Shown here piece after piece: positions 17,760-25,776 of a stretch of 64,000 nt of DNA. The stretch comes from Candidatus Omnitrophota bacterium (GTDB lineage: Bacteria; Omnitrophota; Omnitrophia; Omnitrophales; Aquincolibacteriaceae). Numbering within the stretch: the stretch's first letter is position 1; the number at the start of each line of letters is the position of its first letter. The stretch lies in assembly GCA_022709525.1 (NCBI GenBank), contig JAKLIQ010000001.1, positions 210,679 to 274,678 on the forward strand, read 5' to 3'. The notes beneath the pieces are model-generated. The model had not been told where the DNA came from. It saw only the letters and a list, made by a program, of their open reading frames with translations, and made no database searches. The translations under genes and the position numbers were made by a program.

Positions 17760-19253
17760 ATGGCAGTAGATACGCAAGCAAGTATCATTTTGAGGCTCAA
17801 GGATGAGTTCTCAAAAAATCTGAAATCCGCAGGAAATAATTTTCAATCCTTCGCGCGCCAAATTGACCAAGCCGGCGCATCTATTACCCGGACCGGGATG
17901 AAGATGGTGGCCGTAGGCACCACTATGAACGCCCCCTTTTTCGCCGCCGTAAAGACGATGGAGAAGTATTCTTTTGCCGCTCAAAACGAGATGAGACGCC
18001 TAAACAATGAGTTTGTTGCTCTATCAAAAACAATCTCCGAAGCGGCTTTACCCACGATCCGGCAATTCAATGACAACTTCTCTAAACTCATAAACGGGCT
18101 TAAAACCTTGGATCCGGCTCTGCTTCAAAATATCGCGCACTGGTCAATGGTGGCTGGGCAAATTTTGATCGTTGCCGGGACGCTCGAGATATTTATCGGA
18201 AAAGTGATAAGCCTAATCGCGAAATTGGGCCATTGGGGGAGGACGCTAGTTATCTTTAGCGGTGGGGTAATTCCCGGACTTATCGCAGTGATCGGAGGAC
18301 TAATCTTTGCCTGGATAAAATTTCACGACCAATTTGTCCTGGTTGTGGATTCCTTGCGGTTTTTATGGCTTCAATTTTGTGATTCCCTTATGGCCGCATG
18401 GCAAAAGGTCCTGCAGATCATTTCAAAGGTTCCGGGCGCAAATAGTTTTGCGGCGCAGGTGGACCAGCTGACGATTGCTAGACAAAAACTTAAACAGGAA
18501 ATGAACGCACTCGCAAGTGGCGGAAACTCGGAATGGAGTCAGCAACTTCAAAATTTTTCCAATCAAATCCAAAAGGCCGTTGCCGGATTCCAAAAGAGTT
18601 TTAACAGCGCCTCCCAAAACGTCGAGACTGTCATGCGGGATATGAAATCTAGAATTCAAGATACCGCCTTTTCGCTTTCAGATGGGTTTGCCGATGCGTT
18701 CGATAGGGTCTTGTTCGAAGGTGAGCGATTTGGCAATTCGATGAAATCCCTCTTTGCAAATATGGGCCGCAGTATTTTAAAAGACTTCGTTTCCACGGTT
18801 GGAAAGAACCTCTTTGGAGCTATTTTAGGGACCTCCGGCACAAACTCCGGATCCGGAATAGGTGGCCTTGCTGCCGCCGGCCTTGGGTCGTTCTTTGGCC
18901 CAATAGGGACCGGAATAGGCGCTCTTTTTGGAAGCCTCTTTAAATTCCACGAGGGAGGGGCTATTTACGCTCATGCCGGCCTTGCCCCTGATGAGGTGCC
19001 AATAATCGCCCAAACAGGCGAAGGAGTGCTTTCCAGGCGCGGAATGGCAACCATTGGCGGATCCGGGAACCTTCGCGCACTTAATGCGGGGCAATCTCCG
19101 GGAGGCCAAACTGTTGTAATTAATCTTACACAGGTGATTAAGGCATGGGATTCACAAGACGTTTACAGAAATCGCAAAGCGTTTACCGCAGCCATCGAAG
19201 AAGACATTATGAATAATGGCCGGATCCGTAATGCGATCAAATCCTACGGCTGA
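17760..19253 (+). CDS. Phage tail tape-measure-like protein (coiled coil, TM hairpins, Gly-rich segment)
   Basis: 'GSGIGGLAAAGLGSFFGPIGTGIGALFGS'; C-terminal '...HEGGAIYAHAGL..DEVPIIAQTGEGVLSR'. Confidence 0.4.
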   Translation: MAVDTQASIILRLKDEFSKNLKSAGNNFQSFARQIDQAGASITRTGMKMVAVGTTMNAPFFAAVKTMEKYSFAAQNEMRRLNNEFVALSKTISEAALPTIRQFNDNFSKLINGLKTLDPALLQNIAHWSMVAGQILIVAGTLEIFIGKVISLIAKLGHWGRTLVIFSGGVIPGLIAVIGGLIFAWIKFHDQFVLVVDSLRFLWLQFCDSLMAAWQKVLQIISKVPGANSFAAQVDQLTIARQKLKQEMNALASGGNSEWSQQLQNFSNQIQKAVAGFQKSFNSASQNVETVMRDMKSRIQDTAFSLSDGFADAFDRVLFEGERFGNSMKSLFANMGRSILKDFVSTVGKNLFGAILGTSGTNSGSGIGGLAAAGLGSFFGPIGTGIGALFGSLFKFHEGGAIYAHAGLAPDEVPIIAQTGEGVLSRRGMATIGGSGNLRALNAGQSPGGQTVVINLTQVIKAWDSQDVYRNRKAFTAAIEEDIMNNGRIRNAIKSYG

Positions 19254-19258
19254 CACGA

Positions 19259-19747
19259 ATGACAGACCAGAACCCACCCCAAGCAACGGACCAAGCAATA
19301 CCTCCTCCGTTGCCGAAACGCAGGCTTAAAACACAAACCCGGAAGATGCTGGCTGTTCTTCGCGGGATTGCAAAGGGAAATACGATCTCGCTCGCTTGTG
19401 AGAGCGCTGGGATTACCGCGATGACATTCTGGAACTGGCGGAAGAAGTGGCCGCGCATTTCTGCATTAACCGAAAGCCTTATTGCGAGCAAAATTCAAGC
19501 GGTAGAGGATAAACTTTTTAATCAGTGCGTTAATGGCAATATGACAGCCATCATCTTTTTTCTCACGAATCGATGCCCGGAGCGCTGGTCCGATCGACGC
19601 GCTTTGGTAAACAATACGAACGTCTTTAACGCGCGAAACGCGCCAGCTAAAGATGAGTCCAAGGAAAGCGTCGAAGCGATTTTTTCCAGAATTGAATCGA
19701 TACGCGCATCATTGATCCCACCGGACGGCACAAAACAACTTCCCTAG
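19259..19747 (+). CDS. Phage terminase small-subunit-like HTH protein (COG5484-like)
   Basis: 'LRGIAKGNTISLACESAGITAMTFWNWRKK' and 'MTAIIFFLTNRCPERWSDRRAL' resemble terS proteins of alphaproteobacterial prophages and GTAs. Confidence 0.45.
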   Translation: MTDQNPPQATDQAIPPPLPKRRLKTQTRKMLAVLRGIAKGNTISLACESAGITAMTFWNWRKKWPRISALTESLIASKIQAVEDKLFNQCVNGNMTAIIFFLTNRCPERWSDRRALVNNTNVFNARNAPAKDESKESVEAIFSRIESIRASLIPPDGTKQLP

Positions 19748-19885
19748 GTTCCGGGATTTTTAGAGGGCGGGCAAGTAAAGCGCTTTAGTTTAGTGGTAAA
19801 GTAAAATGGTTTAGTTTAGTGCTACAGTTCAATTCGGCGACAGGAAGGGCTGGATTCTCGGAAGTATCCAGAACGGCAGAACGAC

Positions 19886-20056
19886 TTAAACGGTCGCTAC
19901 AAAAGCCTCGATGCTCGCAAGCGTCTTGCGGTCCTTTTTGGGAAACCCGCCAAACTTCATAGCCTCAAGCCCAATCTTAAGAGCCGAGCGGATGAGTTGA
20001 TATTTAGTTTTGCTGATACAAACGCATTCTTCGTTTGCCTGTTTCTTCGCCTTCAT
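19886..20056 (-). CDS. Small ORF (56 aa), possible excisionase/AlpA-like; overlaps the integrase 3' end
   Basis: Perfect AAGGAGG RBS 7 nt upstream. 'MKAKKQANEECVCISKTKYQLIRSALKIGLEAMKFGGFPKK...'. Below the ORF-track cutoff. Confidence 0.25.
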   Translation of the reverse strand: MKAKKQANEECVCISKTKYQLIRSALKIGLEAMKFGGFPKKDRKTLASIEAFVATV

Positions 20057-21179
20057 GTTTGTCCTCCTTGTTTTTGGTCGTCCCTCGTTCCCCTGGTAAT
20101 ACGTTCAATTTCTCTACTGCTTCGCGCAAGTGTCCCGGCGTTTGATGTGCATAGATAAGCGTGGTTTGGATATTGCTGTGTCCCATAAGGGTTTTGACTG
20201 TGAAGGCGTCTGCGCCCCGCATAAGGAGCTGGCTGGCAAAAGTATGCCGTAGGGAGTGAACTTGCGTTAGATCGTAAATGCCGGCGTTCTGCGCTATCCG
20301 TATGAGGTCTAGCCGGAGTTGGTTGCCACTTATGGCATTGCCGTTCTTATCCGGGAAAACGAAATGGCTTTGACGCGGAAGGCCATCGAGCACAGCGGCC
20401 ACTGCTTCGGACATTGGTATTTCACGCTCGCCGGTCTTGGGAACCCAAAAGTCTTTGCGCTGGATCTTGATAACACGGTGTTTAAAGTCGAGATCTTTCC
20501 ATTCGAGATTCAGAAGTTCTCCCTTTCTCATCCCGGTATGGACCATGACAAAAAAGACCGGATAAAATTCGGGCTCACACGCGCGAAGTAGACGGCCTAT
20601 TTCCGCATCCGTCAAAAACCTTCTTTGCTTTGCATCATCGGCTTTCAGAAAACTAACGTCCCGGACCGGGTTTTCATCCAAAAACTTTTGCTTAATGGCA
20701 AGGTTGAAAATCGTGCGGAGCGTGCCGATCTCGAAATTAACCGTATTTGACTTCGCGCCCTTCTTAATGGTCGTTTTCTTCGTCAGAGGGCCCTTCTTGC
20801 CGTTCTTTGAAACTGGGGCACTCTTACGGTGCTGTTTGAACTTTTCGATCAGGGCGGGCGTTATATCGCGCAAACAAGCCACTTGGGGGACCGTCTTTAG
20901 AAACTCAAGGAAGTTGCTTACGGCGGAACGATAGCGGACGGTCGTAGCCGGCCTGTGATTCGTTTGGGAGTATTTCAGATAATCTTCGAGGAAGGTCTTG
21001 GGATCTGCTTGTTCTTGGTCGAGGAAACCTAGCTGGTTTCGCTCGTCTTTTACTTCGTGATCTTTCAGGGCGAGCTCGGCGATTTTCTTATCCCGGCTTA
21101 CTCGCTTGCGGTATCTTCGACCATTCTTCAGGTAAAGATCGATGTAATACCACTCGCCGCGCCTTCGGATAGTGCCCAT
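20004..21179 (-). CDS. int: Tyrosine site-specific integrase (phage integrase family)
   Basis: 'HSLRHTFASQLLMRGADAFTVKTLMGHSNIQTTLIYAH' (R..HxxR..Y). Adjacent to the tRNA-Tyr 3' end. Confidence 0.9.
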   Translation of the reverse strand: MGTIRRRGEWYYIDLYLKNGRRYRKRVSRDKKIAELALKDHEVKDERNQLGFLDQEQADPKTFLEDYLKYSQTNHRPATTVRYRSAVSNFLEFLKTVPQVACLRDITPALIEKFKQHRKSAPVSKNGKKGPLTKKTTIKKGAKSNTVNFEIGTLRTIFNLAIKQKFLDENPVRDVSFLKADDAKQRRFLTDAEIGRLLRACEPEFYPVFFVMVHTGMRKGELLNLEWKDLDFKHRVIKIQRKDFWVPKTGEREIPMSEAVAAVLDGLPRQSHFVFPDKNGNAISGNQLRLDLIRIAQNAGIYDLTQVHSLRHTFASQLLMRGADAFTVKTLMGHSNIQTTLIYAHQTPGHLREAVEKLNVLPGERGTTKNKEDKHEGEETGKRRMRLYQQN

Positions 21180-21300
21180 GCTTTTTCCCTCATCTGGTCT
21201 GGTTTTGGTCCCTAAACGGTCCCAAGTCCTACATGAGGGATTCTAGCGTGCACTTAATTCATTGTCAAACAAGCATTTACAGCATCACTCTAAAAAAGAG

Positions 21301-21384
21301 TGGGGAGTAGTGGATTCGAACCACTGAAGGCTAAAAGCCAACAGATTTACAGTCTGTCCCCTTTGGCCGCTCGGGCAACTCCCC
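21301..21384 (-). tRNA. tRNA-Tyr (anticodon GTA), long variable arm, CCA not encoded
   Basis: Hand-folded: GGGGAGT acceptor, ACAGA/TCTGT anticodon stem with loop CTGTAAA, AGTGG-TTCGAAT-CCACT T-arm. Confidence 0.85.
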
Positions 21385-21469
21385 GTGTCGGACGGGAATA
21401 TCAAATTCCCGCCGGACACGCACTTGCGCAATGAGCGTAAGTGCATAAGATCAAAATCATATCAAAATC

Positions 21470-21541
21470 AGCTGGTGGAGGGATTTGAACCCCCGACCCG
21501 CTGTTTACAAAACAGCTGCTCTACCCCTGAGCTACACCAGC
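21470..21541 (-). tRNA. tRNA-Thr (anticodon TGT)
   Basis: Hand-folded: GCTGGTG acceptor, GCTGT/ACAGC anticodon stem with loop TTTGTAA, GGGGG-TTCAAAT-CCCTC T-arm. Confidence 0.8.
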
Positions 21542-21885
21542 AAAAACGAAATCTTACCATGACAAAGAACGCCGAGTTTTATAACCCCTGTCCGCCTGAA
21601 GGTATCTTTCAGGACGGATCCGTCCTCCGCATGGATTTCTGCGGAGGCGGAAGCTACACCAGCACTGATTCTCATTTTAATTAAAAAATCAAATGTTTCC
21701 AAGCCGATATCAATAGAAGGATCCGATCGAAAGCGCGTCATTCTACAAGAATCCCCGTCAAAAATAAAGCGGGCAAAATTTTCAAAACATCTTGACCCCA
21801 TCTCCTCATAGGCGTAGACTAAAAACGCTGTTCTCTTGAATGCGAAAATTTTTCAACCTGCACCGCAAAAAAAAAGGAGAAGGCC

Positions 21886-22251
21886 ATGAAGAAAATGATG
21901 ATTTTTTTCCTGATCGCAGGATTATTTTTGGCGCCAATGACGGGCTTCGCGGCCAGTCCTTGGACGCAGGAGGATAATTACAACGATCGCATGTCGGGGA
22001 AGTTGCGTTTTGGCGTGATCAACACCCTTTTTGGCTGGACGGATATTTTCTTTGAGCCGATCAAAGGGGCGCGCAAATGCGAATCCTGCGATAGCGTCTG
22101 GACAGGTATCGGGAAAGGTTTCACGGATGCCGTAGTCAATGAAGTGGGCGGCGCTTTGCAGCTGCTGACCTTCCCTCTAGTATTTGATATACCGCTTCCC
22201 GATGATGGCGTCCAATTCGCCACGTGTTGCGGTTGCGGTTCTTCGAAGTAA
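21886..22251 (+). CDS. Small secreted protein, paralog family A, with Cys-rich C-terminus 'ATCCGCGSSK'
   Basis: Signal peptide. Conserved 'W..E..Y..K.KL.FG..N..GW...EP......G.GKG....N.VGG....FP...D.PLP' shared with 38377 and 38726. Confidence 0.55.
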   Translation: MKKMMIFFLIAGLFLAPMTGFAASPWTQEDNYNDRMSGKLRFGVINTLFGWTDIFFEPIKGARKCESCDSVWTGIGKGFTDAVVNEVGGALQLLTFPLVFDIPLPDDGVQFATCCGCGSSK

Positions 22252-22332
22252 TTTAATCGCATCGCTGAATAGCGTGCCCCGCGTTGGCGGGACACGCTAT
22301 TCGTGTCTTTGCCTTTAACAAGGAGGTTAGAA

Positions 22333-23187
22333 ATGAAGAGAACGGTGGCGAACATTTGTGTTTTAGTTTTCATGGTCGCGATCGCTTTTGCCCTTTCCGG
22401 TTGCGCGTCCTGTTGCGGAGAGGCGGCCCCAGCGAAGGCCCCTGCAACCAAGGGAATGCTGCATGGAACGATCGGATGCGATGATTGCGAGCTTTCCTCC
22501 AGCCCATTGAGGGTTGATAAGGAAATGCCGGGCCAGGTCGTGGTCGGGAAGCCCTATACCTACACGATCAAGGTCACCAACGAGGCCTCCTGCGTTCTTG
22601 AGGATGTCGTCGTGATCGAAAGGGTTTCCGAGGGCTACAAGATCGAATCCGCCAATCCTTCGGCGACCAAGGTTTCCGGCCGCGTTGCGGAATGGGATAT
22701 CGGCTATCTGAAGCCCAACGAGACCAAAGTCATCACGATCACGGGAGTGGCATCCAGCCCCAGCGCGACAACTTCCTGCACGAAAGCCGATTATAACCCG
22801 GTGCTTTGCCTCGGTCCGGGGGTGGGGATCCCGGCGATCCTGCTTGAAGTGGTGGATACCGAAGATCCCGTCCAGGTTGGCGGAATGGAGAAGTTCTATG
22901 TGATGGTAACGAACCAAGGAAATGCCGTGGATTCGGATATCGTCGTGAAAGTGGATTTTGAAGAAAATTTTGACTATGTGTCGTCGGGCGGTCCCACCGC
23001 GGGCAAGGCGGAAAGCGCCAAAACCGTTACGTTCGCTCCTCTAGCCGCTTTGGCCCCCGGGCAGAAAGCGACATGGGAAGTGACCGCGAAGGCCGTTTCG
23101 GAAGGGGATCATCGCACCTCCGTGAAGTTGACAAGCGATGCGATCCAGCGTTCCGTCGACGAAACTGAGGCGACCCGGATCTATTAA
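22333..23187 (+). CDS. Cysteine-rich DUF11/OmcB-like lipoprotein, short paralog
   Basis: 'LSGCASCCGEA' lipobox. N- and C-terminal domains homologous to 11714..13234; ends '...ETEATRIY'. RBS AAGGAGG. Confidence 0.7.
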   Translation: MKRTVANICVLVFMVAIAFALSGCASCCGEAAPAKAPATKGMLHGTIGCDDCELSSSPLRVDKEMPGQVVVGKPYTYTIKVTNEASCVLEDVVVIERVSEGYKIESANPSATKVSGRVAEWDIGYLKPNETKVITITGVASSPSATTSCTKADYNPVLCLGPGVGIPAILLEVVDTEDPVQVGGMEKFYVMVTNQGNAVDSDIVVKVDFEENFDYVSSGGPTAGKAESAKTVTFAPLAALAPGQKATWEVTAKAVSEGDHRTSVKLTSDAIQRSVDETEATRIY

Positions 23188-23244
23188 GCGTCATTGCGTT
23201 AGCAATCCGGTACGAAGTTCCATGAGATCTTTCATGGGATGCTG

Positions 23245-23296
23245 AAAAATGGGCACGCCGTTCCTCCCTGGGAAGTTGGCGTGCCCATTTTTTTTG
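23245..23296 (+). terminator. Rho-independent terminator (atgggcacgcc ... ggcgtgcccat plus T8)
   Basis: 11-bp stem followed by TTTTTTTT. Confidence 0.7.
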
Positions 23297-23461
23297 ACCA
23301 GCCTTGGTTCTCGCTATTTTTTATGCACTCCAACAAGGTCTTTTAATGGCAAATAATTTATAGCAATAACTATCATAAATATCAATTTATAGCAATATTA
23401 ATCTATAATTAATTCATAAACAGCTTTTTAAATAAAATTTAATAAAAAGTATCTTATTTTA

Positions 23462-23489
23462 TTGAATATTTGAATTACTATGCTATACT
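23462..23489 (+). promoter_or_regulatory. Sigma70-type promoter TTGAAT-N16-(TGc)TATACT in a 270-bp AT-rich intergenic with AATTTATAGCAATA direct repeats
   Basis: Extended -10 'tgctatact'. Direct repeats at ~23353 and ~23384. Confidence 0.4.
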
Positions 23490-23571
23490 GTTCACGAGGA
23501 TTCCGAAAACGAAAAAACCTAGCTATTGCTAGTGATTGATATTTTTGACTGTGTAAGGAAGGGCGATTTTT

Positions 23572-25725
23572 ATGGAGAAAAAGCCGGTCAAAGTGCTTGT
23601 GATCGAAGACGATCCTAATTATTTCATCCTCGTCAATGAGCGTCTGTCTTTAAGCCATGACCCGGTCTTTGAGATCATCCGCAGCAAGCACATGCAGTCC
23701 GGCCTCGAGCGTCTCAAAGACGGGGATATCGATATCGTTTTATTAGACCTGATGCTCCCCGACAGCGAAGGTATTCACAGCTTTACTACGGTTCACAACG
23801 CCTTTCCTTCAGTGCCCGTTATCATTCTGACCTCCGTCGATGACGACGAGCTGGCGGGCCGGGCCATCGGGCTTGGCGCACAAGATTATCTGACCAAAGG
23901 CAGCTTTGACCGGGAGCTGCTCGTCAAAAGCATTTGTTATGCCATCAGCCGCCACAAGGTCCAGGCCGAGCTTCAAAAATACTACCAGGAGAATGAACGT
24001 TCCAAGCAGACCCTGCAGGACCGGGACGAGCGTTTCCGGAGTCTCGTTTCCAACATCCCGGGCGCCGTCTACCGCTACACGTTGGAGCAGAGTAATAAAT
24101 GGAATATGGAGTTCATTAGCGACATGATCATGGCGATCTCCGGCCTCCCGTCTTCCGTTTTTATCGACCGCACGATCGACGCCTATTTTGAAAGGGTCCT
24201 CCCGCAAGACCTTCCGTTGCTTCAGGAGGCGTTCCGGAAGGCGGTCAAGGAGGGGTCGCTTTTCAGTGTGGACTACCGGATCCGTCACAGCAGCGGGGAC
24301 TTTCGCTGGGTGCATGACCAGGGCCGCGCCATTCAGAACACCGAAGGTAAAGTGACCCACGTCGACGGCGTTATCTCGGATATTACGGAGCGGACCAGGG
24401 AAAAAGAGCGCTTCAAACAGCTGGTTTCCTACGATTCTCTGACAAGCCTTCCGAACCGGGAGCTTTTTGTCGACCGTCTGGACCAGGCCATCGGGCAGGC
24501 GCGCCGCAAAAAAGAGATCGGCGCCGTGCTCGCTTTGGACCTGGATCACTTCAAGCGCATTAACGATACCTTGGGCCATACCATCGGCGATCAGTTGATC
24601 AAGGCGGTTTCCGTGCGGCTGCAGAAAACCCTTTTTGATTCCGACACCATTACCCGCATCAGCGGCGGGACCTTCATCATCCTTTTGCCCAGGATCGTAA
24701 AGGCGGACCATGCGGAGAATGTCGCCAACAAAATTCTGATGGCCTTCAAGGCGCCTTTTCTGATCCATCAGCATGAGCTCTTTACGGCCTGCAGCATCGG
24801 GATCGCCCTTTTCCCGAACGACGGCGAAGCAAGCGATATCCTGATCAAGAACGCCGACGCCGCAATGCATATCGCCAAAGAGCGCGGCAAAGACCGTTTC
24901 CAGCTCTATTCTTCCGCGATCGCCAACAACAGCTTTGAACGCCTCGTGCTGGAGAACAGTCTCCGCCGGGCCCTTGACCGCGATGAGTTCCGGTTGTATT
25001 ACCAGCCCCAGCTCGATCTCCGGACCGGGAAATCGATCGGAGTCGAGGCCCTCATCCGCTGGCAGCATCCGGACCTTGGGTTCATCCCTCCGATGGAATT
25101 CATCCCGATCGCCGAGGAGACAGGCCTGATCCACTCGATCGGGGAATGGGTCTTGAAGACCGCCTGCGAGCAGAAAAAGATCTGGGACCAGCAGGGTTTT
25201 AAATACCTGCGTGTTTCCGTGAATTTATCGGCCCGCCAATTCCACTATGCGAATCTGGTGGAGATGATCGACAGCGTCATCAAAAAGACCGGCATCGACC
25301 CGCAGGACCTTGATCTCGAATTGACGGAAAGCACCATCATGGAGCATTTAGAAGAGACCACAGAGACTTTGCGCAAGCTGAAGGATATGGGGACGCATAT
25401 TTCGATCGATGACTTCGGCACGGGTTATTCTTCCCTGATGTATCTGAAGACCTTTCCGATCGATACGATCAAAATCGATAAGTCCTTCGTCAAGGATATG
25501 ACCACCGATTCCGACGACCAGGCCATCACGCAGGCGATCATTTCCATGGCCCACAGCTTGAAGCTGGATGTTGTCGCCGAAGGCGTGGAGACCAAAGAAC
25601 AGCTTGAGCTCCTCAAATCCCAGAATTGCGACATCATCCAGGGGTATCTTTTCAGCCGGCCCATCCCGGCCGACGACATCCCGCCGCTTCTTTTGAACGG
25701 CGCGGCCAAGAAGATCCTCGCCTGA
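23572..25725 (+). CDS. Response regulator with REC-PAS-GGDEF(degenerate)-EAL architecture (c-di-GMP phosphodiesterase likely)
   Basis: REC 'VLVIEDD...LLDLMLPD'. GGDEF site reads 'RISGGTF'. EAL motifs intact ('EALIRW', 'DDFGTGYSSL', 'KIDKSFV'). Confidence 0.85.
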   Translation: MEKKPVKVLVIEDDPNYFILVNERLSLSHDPVFEIIRSKHMQSGLERLKDGDIDIVLLDLMLPDSEGIHSFTTVHNAFPSVPVIILTSVDDDELAGRAIGLGAQDYLTKGSFDRELLVKSICYAISRHKVQAELQKYYQENERSKQTLQDRDERFRSLVSNIPGAVYRYTLEQSNKWNMEFISDMIMAISGLPSSVFIDRTIDAYFERVLPQDLPLLQEAFRKAVKEGSLFSVDYRIRHSSGDFRWVHDQGRAIQNTEGKVTHVDGVISDITERTREKERFKQLVSYDSLTSLPNRELFVDRLDQAIGQARRKKEIGAVLALDLDHFKRINDTLGHTIGDQLIKAVSVRLQKTLFDSDTITRISGGTFIILLPRIVKADHAENVANKILMAFKAPFLIHQHELFTACSIGIALFPNDGEASDILIKNADAAMHIAKERGKDRFQLYSSAIANNSFERLVLENSLRRALDRDEFRLYYQPQLDLRTGKSIGVEALIRWQHPDLGFIPPMEFIPIAEETGLIHSIGEWVLKTACEQKKIWDQQGFKYLRVSVNLSARQFHYANLVEMIDSVIKKTGIDPQDLDLELTESTIMEHLEETTETLRKLKDMGTHISIDDFGTGYSSLMYLKTFPIDTIKIDKSFVKDMTTDSDDQAITQAIISMAHSLKLDVVAEGVETKEQLELLKSQNCDIIQGYLFSRPIPADDIPPLLLNGAAKKILA

Positions 25726-25776
25726 TCCTCCAAGATTCTCTGGAATTTTTTGCCAAAAAAGCCATAATGGCATCCT

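Larger units (their letters stand above)
13589..21317. mobile_element. ~7.7-kb integrative element (prophage remnant or satellite-like) in the 3' end of tRNA-Tyr, bounded by 17-bp direct repeats
   Basis: Tyrosine integrase next to the tRNA. XRE plus ImmA-like pair. Overlapping small ORFs. Tape-measure-like and terS-like genes. Confidence 0.6.

Noticed and set aside
21546-21885. ORFs 21385-21684(+) and 21532-21801(-) across the tRNA region
   Set aside because: They overlap the tRNA-Tyr and tRNA-Thr genes and have no coding signal. The region more likely contains the promoter (TTGACC-N17-TAGACT near 21793-21821) for the downstream secreted-protein gene.
23809-25134. Long antisense ORFs inside strongly supported genes (e.g. 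23809-25134-, 49938-51263-, 52079-53404-, 10034-11023-, 12137-13159-, 27697-28584-, 33533-34285-, 5579-6295-)
   Set aside because: GC-rich coding DNA yields long stop-free antisense frames. They lie opposite genes with clear conserved motifs and have Arg/Gly/Pro-rich low-complexity translations and no RBS.
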